In this document: positions 26,154 to 36,091 of the stretch, in pieces
Layout of the letters: each line of letters opens with the position of its first letter
How positions within the stretch are numbered: the stretch's first letter is position 1
NCBI GenBank assembly: GCA_937922795.1
Contig: CALAJK010000037.1
Location: forward strand, 683 to 64,682
Direction: 5' to 3'
DNA from: an uncultured Anaerolineae bacterium
GTDB taxonomy: Bacteria; Chloroflexota; Anaerolineae; Aggregatilineales; Phototrophicaceae
Length of the DNA stretch: 64,000 nucleotides
Program-made: the position numbers and the translations under genes
Notes under the pieces: generated by a model
What the model was told of the DNA's origin: nothing
The model's input: only the letters and a program-made list of their open reading frames with translations
Databases searched by the model: none

Positions 26154-28574
26154 ATGTTGACTCTGACCGCACTTTCGCCATTCTCCACTGCTGCTCTGCG
26201 GCGGACGCTAGCCTCCGCCTGGTCGCTGAACCTAGGCATCTACGGCCTGTACCTGGCGCTGGCGCTGATCATTACCTGGCCGCTGGCGACGCAGCTCAGC
26301 ACGCATTTCGCCGGCTACCCGTTCGGCGACGCGCATGAGATGAGCCGTCACATCTGGTGGTTCACCTATGCGCTGCGCACCGGCGCGCCGCTCATCCATC
26401 AGCCGCTGCTGGGTTATCCTGACGGCATGGCGGGCATCATCCTGTGGTCGGGACCGCTCCAATTCTTCCCTAGCTGGCTGCTGGCGCTGCTGCTGCCGCT
26501 GCCCGCCGCTTACAATCTGGCGGCGCTGCTGACGCTGGCGCTGAACGGCTGGGCGGCGCACTGGCTGGCCTGGAAGCTGACCGGCGTCCGCCCGGCGGCG
26601 CTGCTGGCTGGGGCGCTGTTCCTGGCCGCGCCGACGCTTCAAGGGCATCTGGCCGGCGGGCATGGCGGCCTGCTAGTGCAGTGGCCGCTGCCCCTGCTGG
26701 CGTGGCAGCTACTGCGCCTGCGCGAGGGCGCGGGCGGCTGGCGACTGGTGCTGGCCGCCGCCTTCCTGACCTGGCTGGCGACTACCGGCCACACGCTCCA
26801 GTTGATCTACGCGGCGCTGCCGCTCTACGGCGTGATCGCCCTGGGACCCTTGGTCGAACGCTGCTGGCGGGCGCTGAGCCGGCTGCTGCTGGCCGGCGCG
26901 CTGGGCGCGCTGCTGCTGGCCGTCTTTCTGCTGCCCGTCTGGGCAGACACGTTTAGCACCGCCGCCTACACCGGCGAAGATGGCAGCGTCACCTACAGCC
27001 TCGACCTGCTGGCTCCAGTCACGCCGTCCTTCAATCATCCGCTGTTCGGGACATGGGCATACACTCACCGGGTGCTGGGAACAAACATCGTCGAGGGCTC
27101 CAGCTACGTGGGGCTGGCGGCGGCTGCTTTAGGGGCGATCGCCGTCTGGCGGCAGCGCGCTGCGCGCGGCTGGCTGCTGCTGGCAGCGGCGGCTTATGTG
27201 CTCGGCCTAGGCCCGCTGTTGAAAGTTTTCGACCAGCCGGTTCAACTAGTGACCGACGGCTACCTGACGCATATCACCCTGCCCTGGGCGCTGGCGCACG
27301 ACCTGCCAGGCTTCAGCCTGGCACGCACGCCGGGCCGTTTCAACTTCGTGCTAGCGCTGGCGACGGCGATGCTAGCGGGCTGGGGCGCGGCCTGGCTGTG
27401 GCAGCGGCTCCGTGTAGGGCGCGCCGTGCGCGGCGGCCTGCTGCTGGCGCTGGCGGCGCTGGCGCTGTTCGAGTACCAATCGTTCTGGCCGCTGCCGACC
27501 TTCGCCGCCGCCGTCCCGGAGCCGGTGCGGGCGCTGGCGGCGCGCCATGAGATCCGCGCCGTGTTCGACCTGCCCTGGGAACATGTGCTGGCCGCCAAAG
27601 ACGCGCTCTACCTGCAAACTGCCCACCACAAACCGCTGATCGCCGGCCAGGTCACCCGCCGCACGCCGGTCAGCCCGGCCAAGCTGACGCTGCTCCAGGC
27701 CACGCTTGACCCGGCGCTGCTGGAGGCCGCCGGCGCTGATGTGGTCATCGTGCACAAGACCTACGATCCCGACCGCCGACTGCGCGACTTCGCTGCCGAC
27801 CGCCTGGGGTCGCCCACTTACGAGGATGACCGCCTGGCGCTGTTTGAGGCGCCCGCGCCCGCCGCGCCGCCCGCCGCGCTCGCCGCGCCCTTCGCCCGGC
27901 AGGCAATCACCGACCGCGCCGAGTCGTACTGGTATGCGCCCGCGCCGGGCTGGCTCACTTTCAGCGGCCGGCTGGCCGCCGATGGCCGCCTAGTCTCGGT
28001 GTGGGTAGATGATCGCCCCGTGCACCGCTGGACGATCGACGGCGTCCAGGAGTTCGATCTGCGGCTGCCCGCCGCTGAGCCTGGCTACCATACGGCGGCG
28101 CTGGTGGTCGAGCCACCTTGTCCCGCGCATCCGCCGCCCCCGCTGCGCTGCCGGTCGGTTGCGCTGAGCGATCTGGCGCTGGCCGCTTTTACGCCGGCCG
28201 AGTTCACGCCCATCGCCCTGGGGCGCGGCGTGACGCTGGCCGGCTCCAACTTGGCACTCGACGGCGACCAACTGCGAGTAGGGCTGTGGTGGCAGTTCGG
28301 CCAACCGATGACCGACCAGGACGTGCGCTTCGTCCACGTTGTGGACGCCGATGCCAAAGCGTTCGCCCAGGCCGACTCGCCGCTGGGGGCGCAGGCCGCC
28401 GGCAGCGAGCGGGTTGATACCATTACGTTGGACCTGGCGGCGCTGCCTGCAGGCGAATACACAGTCTATGCCGGTTGGTACAGCTTCCCGGATCTGGTTC
28501 GCTTCCCGGTGCTGGCCGACACGCCCCGCGCCCAGGATGGGTTAGTCTACCTGGGAAGGATCGCCCGGCCGTGA
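26154..28574 (+). CDS. Large polytopic membrane protein, probably GT-C glycosyltransferase-like
   Basis: Many TM; RTPGRF motif; C-terminal FVHVVD...Q.D...GEYTVYAGWY domain. Confidence 0.7.
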   Translation: MLTLTALSPFSTAALRRTLASAWSLNLGIYGLYLALALIITWPLATQLSTHFAGYPFGDAHEMSRHIWWFTYALRTGAPLIHQPLLGYPDGMAGIILWSGPLQFFPSWLLALLLPLPAAYNLAALLTLALNGWAAHWLAWKLTGVRPAALLAGALFLAAPTLQGHLAGGHGGLLVQWPLPLLAWQLLRLREGAGGWRLVLAAAFLTWLATTGHTLQLIYAALPLYGVIALGPLVERCWRALSRLLLAGALGALLLAVFLLPVWADTFSTAAYTGEDGSVTYSLDLLAPVTPSFNHPLFGTWAYTHRVLGTNIVEGSSYVGLAAAALGAIAVWRQRAARGWLLLAAAAYVLGLGPLLKVFDQPVQLVTDGYLTHITLPWALAHDLPGFSLARTPGRFNFVLALATAMLAGWGAAWLWQRLRVGRAVRGGLLLALAALALFEYQSFWPLPTFAAAVPEPVRALAARHEIRAVFDLPWEHVLAAKDALYLQTAHHKPLIAGQVTRRTPVSPAKLTLLQATLDPALLEAAGADVVIVHKTYDPDRRLRDFAADRLGSPTYEDDRLALFEAPAPAAPPAALAAPFARQAITDRAESYWYAPAPGWLTFSGRLAADGRLVSVWVDDRPVHRWTIDGVQEFDLRLPAAEPGYHTAALVVEPPCPAHPPPPLRCRSVALSDLALAAFTPAEFTPIALGRGVTLAGSNLALDGDQLRVGLWWQFGQPMTDQDVRFVHVVDADAKAFAQADSPLGAQAAGSERVDTITLDLAALPAGEYTVYAGWYSFPDLVRFPVLADTPRAQDGLVYLGRIARP

Positions 28575-28583
28575 CGCCCACGC

Positions 28584-30458
28584 CTAGCCGCTCTGCGCCA
28601 AGCGTGGGTCGCCGGGCGGGACCTGCACCACTGCCGCCCAGGGCTGGTAGTGGGTGTAGATCGTGTCCTTGCGGATCTCCTGGCCGGTCGCGTCCAGGAT
28701 GCGGCGCGTGAACACCACGTCCGCCCCTTCTTTAGCCCAGTCCACCTGAAGCGACTGCCCGGCCTGAAGCTGCGGGTTGGCCTCGTAGATCGTTGGTTTC
28801 GCCGGCGTCACATCGCGGATGACCGGGCCCTCCAGCACTACCTGCCGCCCCGGATTGGTGCTGTAGAGCCGGAACTGCACCGCATCCTGGCCGGGAAAGA
28901 CCGATGTCTCGATCAGCAGATGGTAGGGCGTGTCATTCAGGAATTTGAAGTCGGCGGTGGGCTGGAAGATGGCCGCGTCCAGCCCCGGCGGGAAGTTGTT
29001 CAGCTCATAAAATCCAACCCGGTAGCCGTGAGAATGGCGCTCAGTGATCGGGAAGCCGGCGTTGACCGCCGCCCGAAAGATGGTCGTGCTCACCTGGCAC
29101 ACGCCGCCGCCTACGCCGTCCACCGTTCGCCCGCCGTAGATGATCTTGCCCTGCACGAAGCCGGTCTCCGGGCTAATGTCGCCCAGCCAGTAGTTGAACG
29201 AGAAGACCTCGCCGGGGCCGATCACCAAGCCATCGAAGCGCGACATAGCCTCGAAGATGTTGTCCTTGCGCGACTGGGTAGAGCCGGTGTAGTAGGTGGT
29301 CGCCTCGCCCACAAGCTGGGTGATGCCCAGTTCGGCGGCGGTCAAGTTGTTGTGGTAGCGCGGCAGCTCATACGTGAACGCCATCGGCACGACGCGGTTG
29401 GCGGGGTCGAAGATGGCCGCTTCCAGCCGCCGCAGCGTCTCATCCACGTCGAGCGCGCGGCCGTTCTGGGCGGACTTGATGACCTGAAGCTGGCGCGTAT
29501 CGGGGTCGAAGTGGAACCGAGCGTCCTGCGGCGGCGCCACCAACCCCGGCGCCAGCCCTTCCAAATAGCTGCGGAATACGTCTGCTTTGGCCGACACGTC
29601 ATAGCGCGCTGCGCCGTCCTCGCCGGTCACGATCCGCAGTTCCAGCAGCGAGCCGATCTGTTCCACGGTGGCCACCCACGGCCCCAGCGTGCCGCCCGCC
29701 AGATCATCAGCTACCAGCATGACTGGGCCGGACAGGGCCGCCCGCGCCCTAGCTGCCACCGCTTCCGCATCCAGAATGGCCGGCGGCGACTCATGCATGA
29801 TCAGCGGGATTTCGCCGCCCGGCTCCAGCCGTTCGATCATCGCCCGCACCTGTTCCAGCGTAGCGGGGATATCGAGCGTCCGCCCCTGCTGGCCGGGTGT
29901 GGTCGCCACCAGCGTCCCGTTGATGATCAGCGTCGCATCTGCTGCCGGGCGGTTGATCTCGGCGGCGATCTCCGCCAGCCGGTTCGCAGTGATCTGCTCA
30001 TCGTAACGGATGACCGGGGCTAGGCTGCGCCCGTTCAGCCAGATGCTCAACTGGGTCGCCAGGTCGGCCAGCAGGCTGCCAGAGCGCCCAGCGCTGAAGG
30101 CTTGATCCAGCGCGGCAGCTGTATCCAGCGCCACCCCCAGCTCGGCGGCGCGATACTGCCAGAAGCGATCGCCGTCCCGGAAGGTAAAGACGGCGCGGGC
30201 TGGATAGGTGTAGTGCGCCTCAAGAGCGGCTTCAGCCTCGGCGCGGGTCAAGCCGCCCAGCGCCACGCTGCCGACCGCCAGGTTCGGCAGGGCGCGGCCC
30301 GCGTAGCGCCACTGAAAAGCCAGCGCCAGCGCCACCAGCGCCGCCGCGAACAGCACCGCCCCGCTGACGGCCAGCGCGGGCAGGCGCACCCACCACGGGT
30401 TGAAGGTGGGCGCGCGGCGCTGATGCGGCGGGAGAAAGCCACGATCGTATGCGTTCAT
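28584..30458 (-). CDS. VanW family protein with peptidoglycan-binding repeats
   Basis: N-terminal TM; PGEVFSFN, GGGVCQVSTT, ITERHSH, GLDAAI. Confidence 0.92.
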   Translation of the reverse strand: MNAYDRGFLPPHQRRAPTFNPWWVRLPALAVSGAVLFAAALVALALAFQWRYAGRALPNLAVGSVALGGLTRAEAEAALEAHYTYPARAVFTFRDGDRFWQYRAAELGVALDTAAALDQAFSAGRSGSLLADLATQLSIWLNGRSLAPVIRYDEQITANRLAEIAAEINRPAADATLIINGTLVATTPGQQGRTLDIPATLEQVRAMIERLEPGGEIPLIMHESPPAILDAEAVAARARAALSGPVMLVADDLAGGTLGPWVATVEQIGSLLELRIVTGEDGAARYDVSAKADVFRSYLEGLAPGLVAPPQDARFHFDPDTRQLQVIKSAQNGRALDVDETLRRLEAAIFDPANRVVPMAFTYELPRYHNNLTAAELGITQLVGEATTYYTGSTQSRKDNIFEAMSRFDGLVIGPGEVFSFNYWLGDISPETGFVQGKIIYGGRTVDGVGGGVCQVSTTIFRAAVNAGFPITERHSHGYRVGFYELNNFPPGLDAAIFQPTADFKFLNDTPYHLLIETSVFPGQDAVQFRLYSTNPGRQVVLEGPVIRDVTPAKPTIYEANPQLQAGQSLQVDWAKEGADVVFTRRILDATGQEIRKDTIYTHYQPWAAVVQVPPGDPRLAQSG

Positions 30459-30736
30459 CAGCCGCCGCTCTCGTAAGCCTCTACGATTTTCAGCGCTCGC
30501 TGGTATTCTTCTGAGCCCTCTGGCGCGGTATCCAGCACTTTGGACGCGGCCAGATAATCTTCTAGGCTGATCTTCTGGGCGGACGAACGTGCTTTCTCAT
30601 GAATGGCCGCCGCGATTTGAGTCTGCTCTTCAGGCGTCATCGGCCCGTGAGCCTCAACCATTTTTTGGATATCAGCCTCGCTCAGCGTCCCCTGTTTCTC
30701 TAGCAGCGCCTTCAACTGGTCGTAGGTCGAGGACAT
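30458..30736 (-). CDS. Small helical hypothetical protein
   Basis: ATG at 30736 after GGAGG; stop overlaps the vanW start (TGATG). Confidence 0.75.
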   Translation of the reverse strand: MSSTYDQLKALLEKQGTLSEADIQKMVEAHGPMTPEEQTQIAAAIHEKARSSAQKISLEDYLAASKVLDTAPEGSEEYQRALKIVEAYESGG

Positions 30737-30888
30737 CGCCACCTCCACAACAGCCATCAGTTGAACTTGAGTGCGCCCTATTCTACCATTAGTCCGGCGC
30801 TTTATGGCTTAACTCTGCCCCAAGAATCAATCAGGAGCGCCGAACCGATGGCGCTCCTGACTTCGGTCTGCGCTGGGCGGTCTGGCGC

Positions 30889-31153
30889 TCAGGCTGCCGG
30901 TTTGACGACAGTGATGCGGGCGTCGTACAGGCGCGGCATCCCTGGCTGGGACACGATGATGTTGTCGGTGTCAGACTTATCCACTACCTGAATGAATATC
31001 CGTGAAACCGGTGGCCTCGATCAGCGCGATGTATGCAGCCGCGTCAATCGCGCCGGTCACACATTCGGCCTACTTGGCGACATCGGCGCGCAGCGTATCG
31101 TCGAAGTCGCCCTCAGTCAAGATGTCGCTGACTGAGAGGCGGCCGCCTCTCGG
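30889..31153 (-). pseudogene. arsM: C-terminal remnant of arsenite S-adenosylmethyltransferase
   Basis: Minus strand reads [50 protein letters not shown], then after an ATTC duplication QVVDKSDTDNIIVSQPGMPRLYDARITVVKPAA*; 5' part missing. Confidence 0.75.
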
Positions 31154-32002
31154 TCAGGCATAAAAGCCAATGGCCGCGTAACCGACAACCCGTGCCGCGT
31201 CGCCGCTGACGCTGCCGGAGTTCTGATACTTCAGCAGCCGCGCCGCACCGAGCGACAGCAGCCGCGCCACGGTCATACCTATCTTGATCGCCTGCGCGCC
31301 ACAGGCGCAGGTGTGAAGTCCTGGAATCCCTGCCGCCAACTGCGCATCCATAACCGCCTGGAAGTTCACGACATCCCCCGCCAGTATCGCCTCGATCGTG
31401 CACTGGTCGACGCGCTCGGCGTCCGCCTGGCTGGGATAATGTGATAGATCAGAGCTCACGACCAGCAGCGCCCCGCTCGCCACCAGCCGCGCCAGCGCCG
31501 CGCTCACCTGCTGCGCCTGCGTCGGCGTCGGCTGGCTGAGCAGCACCGGGATGATCGTGAAATCCGCCAGCTTACGCTGCAAAAACGGCAGCTCCACTTC
31601 AAGCGCGTGCTCAGGCCGGTGCACCCGGTCATCGCGGCGAAACGGCGGCGCATCCAGCAGTCGCGCGACCGCCGGCTCATCGACCCGAACCGTACCGAGG
31701 GGCGTGCACCATTGCGTGCTGCCGCATACTACCGCGCCATCGAAACGGGCGTGATGAGAAGCCCCCAACAGGATCACCCGGCGGACATCGCCGATTTGGG
31801 CGAAACCTACGCCGGCCACCGAACCGGAATACAGATAGCCCGCATGCGGCACGATCAATACCGAGGGCGATACAGCCAGCCGCTTGATCCGGCCATGCGC
31901 CAAAAAGTGGTCGACCAAGGCGGCCAAATCCGACGGATCAGCGGGGTAGAACGACCCAGCCACCGCCGGCTGCCTGACGTTCGAAAGCACACTCAACATC
32001 AT
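31154..32002 (-). CDS. amrB: MEMO1 family protein (AmmeMemoRadiSam system protein B)
   Basis: RQPAVAGSFYP, VPHAGYLYSG, EHALEVELPFLQ, SSDLSHY, ACG, VVGYAA; RBS AGGAGG. Confidence 0.92.
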   Translation of the reverse strand: MMLSVLSNVRQPAVAGSFYPADPSDLAALVDHFLAHGRIKRLAVSPSVLIVPHAGYLYSGSVAGVGFAQIGDVRRVILLGASHHARFDGAVVCGSTQWCTPLGTVRVDEPAVARLLDAPPFRRDDRVHRPEHALEVELPFLQRKLADFTIIPVLLSQPTPTQAQQVSAALARLVASGALLVVSSDLSHYPSQADAERVDQCTIEAILAGDVVNFQAVMDAQLAAGIPGLHTCACGAQAIKIGMTVARLLSLGAARLLKYQNSGSVSGDAARVVGYAAIGFYA

Positions 32003-32035
32003 CCCCCACCTCCTGTATCGGCTGTAATTACAAAC

Positions 32036-32044
32036 ATTATAACA
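32036..32044 (-). promoter_or_regulatory. Extended -10 promoter for amrB
   Basis: Minus strand TGTTATAAT 34 nt upstream of the start, in an AT-rich patch. Confidence 0.6.
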
Positions 32045-32071
32045 CAGATTGGGGCGTGAATTTCAATTGGT

Positions 32072-33988
32072 CTACTGCACTGCGGTCACCGCCTGGGGCG
32101 TCAGCTCGATGTTCGATGACCAGTTGCCGGCCAGATCGACCGCCCAAGCGGCGAACTCATAGCGCCGCCCTAGCTGGCCAGTGTACTGCGCCTGGGTGGC
32201 GGTCGTCTCCAGCCACGGCGTCCAGTCGCCGCCATCTACCCGCACCCAGATCAGGTAGCGGTCAATGCCGCTGTCATCTTCGCCTGACCAATAGACGGTG
32301 AACGTCGCTGGGCTGACGACCGGCAGCGGCATCATGGCGGTGGACGGCGGCGTCACATCGCGCGCCGGGTCGGTGGTGGGGCGCGGCGGCGGCGTGCCGA
32401 TGACCGCGCCGGGCGTGATCGTCAGCGGGGCGGCGGGTGTGGGCGGGTTCAGCCGTTCCACCAGAAAGAACGGCGGCCCGCCAATGGCCGACACTTCGCC
32501 CGCTGGCAGATACGGGTAATCGTCGCGGGTGGCTGGCGGCAGTTCAATGCGGTAAATACCGCCCGCCGGCGTCAGCGTCCAATCCTCGTTGGCGCTGGAA
32601 TACAGCCGCGCCCCGGCGCCGGCCGCTTCAACCTCCAGCGTAATCGGCTCCAACCTCCGGTTCCACAGCACAGTGATGCGCTCGCCCGCCGCTGGACGCT
32701 CGAATACCACGCGCGCCGCGCTACCAGAGATGTCTATCCGGGCGTCCTCAACCGGCGCCGAGCCGAAGATCTGCGCCAGCCGGTAGAACGCGCCAGCCGC
32801 TGGGCGCGGCGTGCCCGGCAGCGGGTGCTGGTTGAAACAGTCCGCCGTCCGTTCATTGCGGTACAGACCATGCGCGTCGCCCCAGCAGGCGCGCCCATCC
32901 GCGCACCATTCGCCGTTATGCGGCGGGAAGGTCGTCCCCGACGGCTGGTTGCCGCAGTCGTCATACAACTGGTGGAAGAACACTACCTCGGCGCCCTCCG
33001 CCCAGGCGTAGACCGTGCTCTGCACCACAAACGCCGCCTGCTGGGCGGCTGTCGCCCGCAGCGCCCGCGCGGCGGCGTCCTGACGCGTCCAGGTCGGGCC
33101 AGGGTAGTCGTCCCATACTGGCACGCCGCTCTCGTTCAGCCAAACCGGGCGCTCCAGGCCGAAACTCGCCAGCGTCTCCCGCGCGCGCCGCACCACCAGT
33201 CCGCTGCGGCGCGGATCGCTGTAGTTGTGGACGGCCACGATATCCATGTACCAGTTGTGTGCCCGGCGGTTTGGGTCTTGGGCGTAAATCGCCAGCACTT
33301 TCCGCAGCCAGTCGTCCTGATCGGGATCGCCATACGCCAGGCCGCCGAACATCACCCGCGCTTCCGGGTCGGCCGCGTGGGCGGCCAGATACGTCACCTT
33401 CAGCAGCCGGGCGTATTCCTCGACGCCGGCGCTCCAGAACATGCCCAGATCCGGCTCGTTCCAGGCCTCCCACACCTGCACGCCCAGCCCGGCCGGCCAG
33501 CCTTCCTGCTGCGCCAGCAGCCCGCCCGGCCTGTAACGGTTGACGGCCTGGGTCACAAAGACCGCCCAGGGGTTGGCGGCGTTGGGCGCCTTGCCGGGCG
33601 CCGGCGCGTCGGTGCCGTCAGCGAAGACCGGGCGCTCCAGCCCCTCGATGCCCCCACCGCGCCCGTGGAAGGCCGGCCGACCGAGCAGGATCACGTCCAG
33701 TTTCAGCCCGTGGCGCAGATCGCCGCTCACCAGCCGGTCATAGCGCGACCAGTCAAACAGTCCCGGCTGCCGTTCAACCTCATTCCAGTACAGCGGCCAG
33801 CGGTTCCAGGCCGGGCCGAGCAGCAGCGCCCGCTGGTAGCGCAGCTCGTTGGCCGGATGGCCCAGCGAACTGATGAAGGTGATGCCCAGGCGCTCCGCCC
33901 GCAAATAGGCGCTGGGCGCGGGCTGCGCCGCGGCGGGCAGCAGCCAGGCGAACACCAGCAGCAGGATGAGCAGCGGCAGACGGCGCAT
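32072..33988 (-). CDS. Secreted glycoside hydrolase-like protein (clan GH-A) with Pro/Thr linker and C-terminal Fn3-like domain
   Basis: Signal peptide MRRLPLL; WEAWNEPD and VWLNESG motifs; C-terminal DDSGI...AVDLAGN. Confidence 0.78.
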   Translation of the reverse strand: MRRLPLLILLLVFAWLLPAAAQPAPSAYLRAERLGITFISSLGHPANELRYQRALLLGPAWNRWPLYWNEVERQPGLFDWSRYDRLVSGDLRHGLKLDVILLGRPAFHGRGGGIEGLERPVFADGTDAPAPGKAPNAANPWAVFVTQAVNRYRPGGLLAQQEGWPAGLGVQVWEAWNEPDLGMFWSAGVEEYARLLKVTYLAAHAADPEARVMFGGLAYGDPDQDDWLRKVLAIYAQDPNRRAHNWYMDIVAVHNYSDPRRSGLVVRRARETLASFGLERPVWLNESGVPVWDDYPGPTWTRQDAAARALRATAAQQAAFVVQSTVYAWAEGAEVVFFHQLYDDCGNQPSGTTFPPHNGEWCADGRACWGDAHGLYRNERTADCFNQHPLPGTPRPAAGAFYRLAQIFGSAPVEDARIDISGSAARVVFERPAAGERITVLWNRRLEPITLEVEAAGAGARLYSSANEDWTLTPAGGIYRIELPPATRDDYPYLPAGEVSAIGGPPFFLVERLNPPTPAAPLTITPGAVIGTPPPRPTTDPARDVTPPSTAMMPLPVVSPATFTVYWSGEDDSGIDRYLIWVRVDGGDWTPWLETTATQAQYTGQLGRRYEFAAWAVDLAGNWSSNIELTPQAVTAVQ

Positions 33989-34008
33989 ACCGGTCAAATG
34001 CTGATGAG

Positions 34009-34746
34009 CTACTTCAGCGGCGGCAGAGCGGCATCCCACATGCGCTGAAACTGCCCCACCCAGTGATCAAACCAGTGCTGCGACTCGCTCTTGCGAATCT
34101 CGATGTGCATCCGCTGGCTGATATGCTCGTAGCGGAAGCCGAGGAACTCGACGATCACCAGGCCGTCGCGGCTGCTGGGGTCGGCCACCACCATGCTGAA
34201 GCCCGGGCTGTAGCTGAGCAGGCGAAACTCCAAGCGCCCCGGCCCGGCGGCGTCGGCGATGTGGCTGAGCAGCCGGATGGAAGCTTCCAGATCGCGCCGG
34301 AGGTTGGCGCGAGGATCGTTGGTATCTAACTGATCAATCAGGAAATCCACCGCTGGGCTGTCCGGATCTTGCAAGATGACGCGCACCTCGCCGCCCTGGC
34401 TGAGCACCTCGTGCTCGATATCCTCGCGCAGCGCATTGATCGCCGACGGGCCGTAGATCCACACCTGGCGCCGACCGCGCACCACCTCGCGGAACGGCCC
34501 GAAGTCGTCGCGATCGAGCAGCACCGAGTCCAGATCTACCGCCTGCTGCGGCGGCGTGGTCGTCTTGAACACCAGCAGCGACAGCGCCGCCACGATCACC
34601 GTCAGGCTCACCTCCATATCCACCTGGCCGATCAGGTCGAGCACCACCAGCGCCAGGCCGACACCCGTCACCGCATACGACTCGAGATGACGACCGGCAG
34701 CAATGTCCGCGCCGACGCGCTTCAACGTCTTCCACAGAGCGAGCAT
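34009..34746 (-). CDS. Hypothetical protein, two TM plus DUF5919-like domain
   Basis: Two N-terminal hydrophobic segments; VRVILQDPDS...WFDHWVGQFQRMWDAA. Confidence 0.65.
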   Translation of the reverse strand: MLALWKTLKRVGADIAAGRHLESYAVTGVGLALVVLDLIGQVDMEVSLTVIVAALSLLVFKTTTPPQQAVDLDSVLLDRDDFGPFREVVRGRRQVWIYGPSAINALREDIEHEVLSQGGEVRVILQDPDSPAVDFLIDQLDTNDPRANLRRDLEASIRLLSHIADAAGPGRLEFRLLSYSPGFSMVVADPSSRDGLVIVEFLGFRYEHISQRMHIEIRKSESQHWFDHWVGQFQRMWDAALPPLK

Positions 34747-34940
34747 GGACGATCTCTCCCCAGCACATCCCTTCGCGCCGCGACGGCCACGGCGCGCCCT
34801 CTCTCATTCTACACTGCCCTGGCCAGGAACGCCCCGCCTGCCGCCGCGCCGCCTGCGCAGAACGGCAGTTACGGGTTAGAATCAGGCTGACAGTTGAAGC
34901 CAACCCTGGCTGCCCGCCCTGATTCCCGAAAGGACACGCG

Positions 34941-35963
34941 ATGCGACCCAAGATTATCCTGATCACCGGCGCCAACGGCGAAGTCGGCCACGGTTTGATC
35001 CACCAGCTCGCCGCGCTGCCAGAGATGCCGCCGGTGGTCGTCCTAGACATCCGCGGGCTGGACGCCGCCATGCGCCCATACGTGTACGAGACCATCGTCG
35101 GCGATATCCTCGACACCAGCCTGCTGGAGACGCTGATCAACGAGTACGAGATCGTCACCATCTACCATCTGGCGGCGCTGCTGTCCACGCATTCCGAGTT
35201 CAACCCGGAGGTCGCCCACCGTGTCAACGTGCAGGGGACGGTCAACCTGCTGCGGCTGGCGACGGAGCAGTCTCGGCTGCGCGGCCAGGCGGTCAAGTTC
35301 ATCTTCCCCAGCTCGATCGCCGTCTACGGCCTGCCGGATCTGGCGACGAAGGCGGCGGCTGGCGCAGTACGCGAAGACCAGTTCAACACGCCGACCACCA
35401 TGTACGGCTGCAACAAGCTGTACTGCGAACATCTGGGACGCTACTACACCTTCCATTACCGGCAGCTCGCGGTCACCGATGAACCTTTCCGCGTTGATTT
35501 CCGCGCCGTGCGCTTCCCCGGCCTCATCAGCGCGCTGACGCTGCCCACTGGCGGGACCAGCGACTACGCGCCGGAGATGCTGCATGCTGCCGCCCAGGGC
35601 AAATCCTACGCCGCCTTCGTGCGCGAGGACACGCGCATCCCGTTCATGGCCATGCCCGACGCCATCCGGGCGCTGCTGATGCTGGCGCAGACCCCGCCGG
35701 AACGGTTGACGACCCGCGTGTACAACGTCACCAGCTTCAGCCTCAGCGCCGGCGAAATCCGCGATTTGACGCTGCACTTCTTCCCAGACGCCGACATCCG
35801 CTTCGAGCCGCACGCCAAGCGGCAGGCCATCGTCGACTCGTGGCCGGCGGACATCGATGATTCGACAGCGCGGCGCGATTGGGGCTGGCAGCCGCAGTAT
35901 GATCAGCAGGCGGCGTTCGAGACCTACCTGATCCCCACCATTCGCCAGCGCTACGGCCGCTGA
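34941..35963 (+). CDS. NAD-dependent epimerase family, likely SDR-type L-threonine 3-dehydrogenase
   Basis: ITGANGEVG, HLAALLS, MYGCNK, RFPGLIS...GGTSDYA, QAIVDSWP. Confidence 0.85.
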   Translation: MRPKIILITGANGEVGHGLIHQLAALPEMPPVVVLDIRGLDAAMRPYVYETIVGDILDTSLLETLINEYEIVTIYHLAALLSTHSEFNPEVAHRVNVQGTVNLLRLATEQSRLRGQAVKFIFPSSIAVYGLPDLATKAAAGAVREDQFNTPTTMYGCNKLYCEHLGRYYTFHYRQLAVTDEPFRVDFRAVRFPGLISALTLPTGGTSDYAPEMLHAAAQGKSYAAFVREDTRIPFMAMPDAIRALLMLAQTPPERLTTRVYNVTSFSLSAGEIRDLTLHFFPDADIRFEPHAKRQAIVDSWPADIDDSTARRDWGWQPQYDQQAAFETYLIPTIRQRYGR

Positions 35964-36091
35964 TGGGTGCGCGCCTGATCCGCCGGCGCTCCGCCCTGAT
36001 TGCTGGTTGCGCCGTGCTCCACCTACTGTATAATTTTCGCCAGCCGGCGGGACCGAAGTTCGCCCGCCAGCGTGACCGGCAGGCATAGATT

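Noticed and set aside
28650-30023. Long antisense ORFs such as 28650-30023, 32825-34048, 38000-39034, 41287-42777 and 4668-5765
   Set aside because: They are shadows of well-supported genes on the other strand, expected at high GC3, and show no recognisable motifs
30761-30991. 76-aa plus-strand ORF, and the 96-aa minus-strand ORF at 31113-31403
   Set aside because: No motifs; the region is better explained by the arsM remnant and amrB
31040-31156. Sec/Pyl read-through fusing amrB to the arsM fragment (in-frame TGA then TAG)
   Set aside because: The TAG sits at a Trp position (one change from TGG), a 4-bp frameshift follows and the SAM-binding half is missing; decay is simpler
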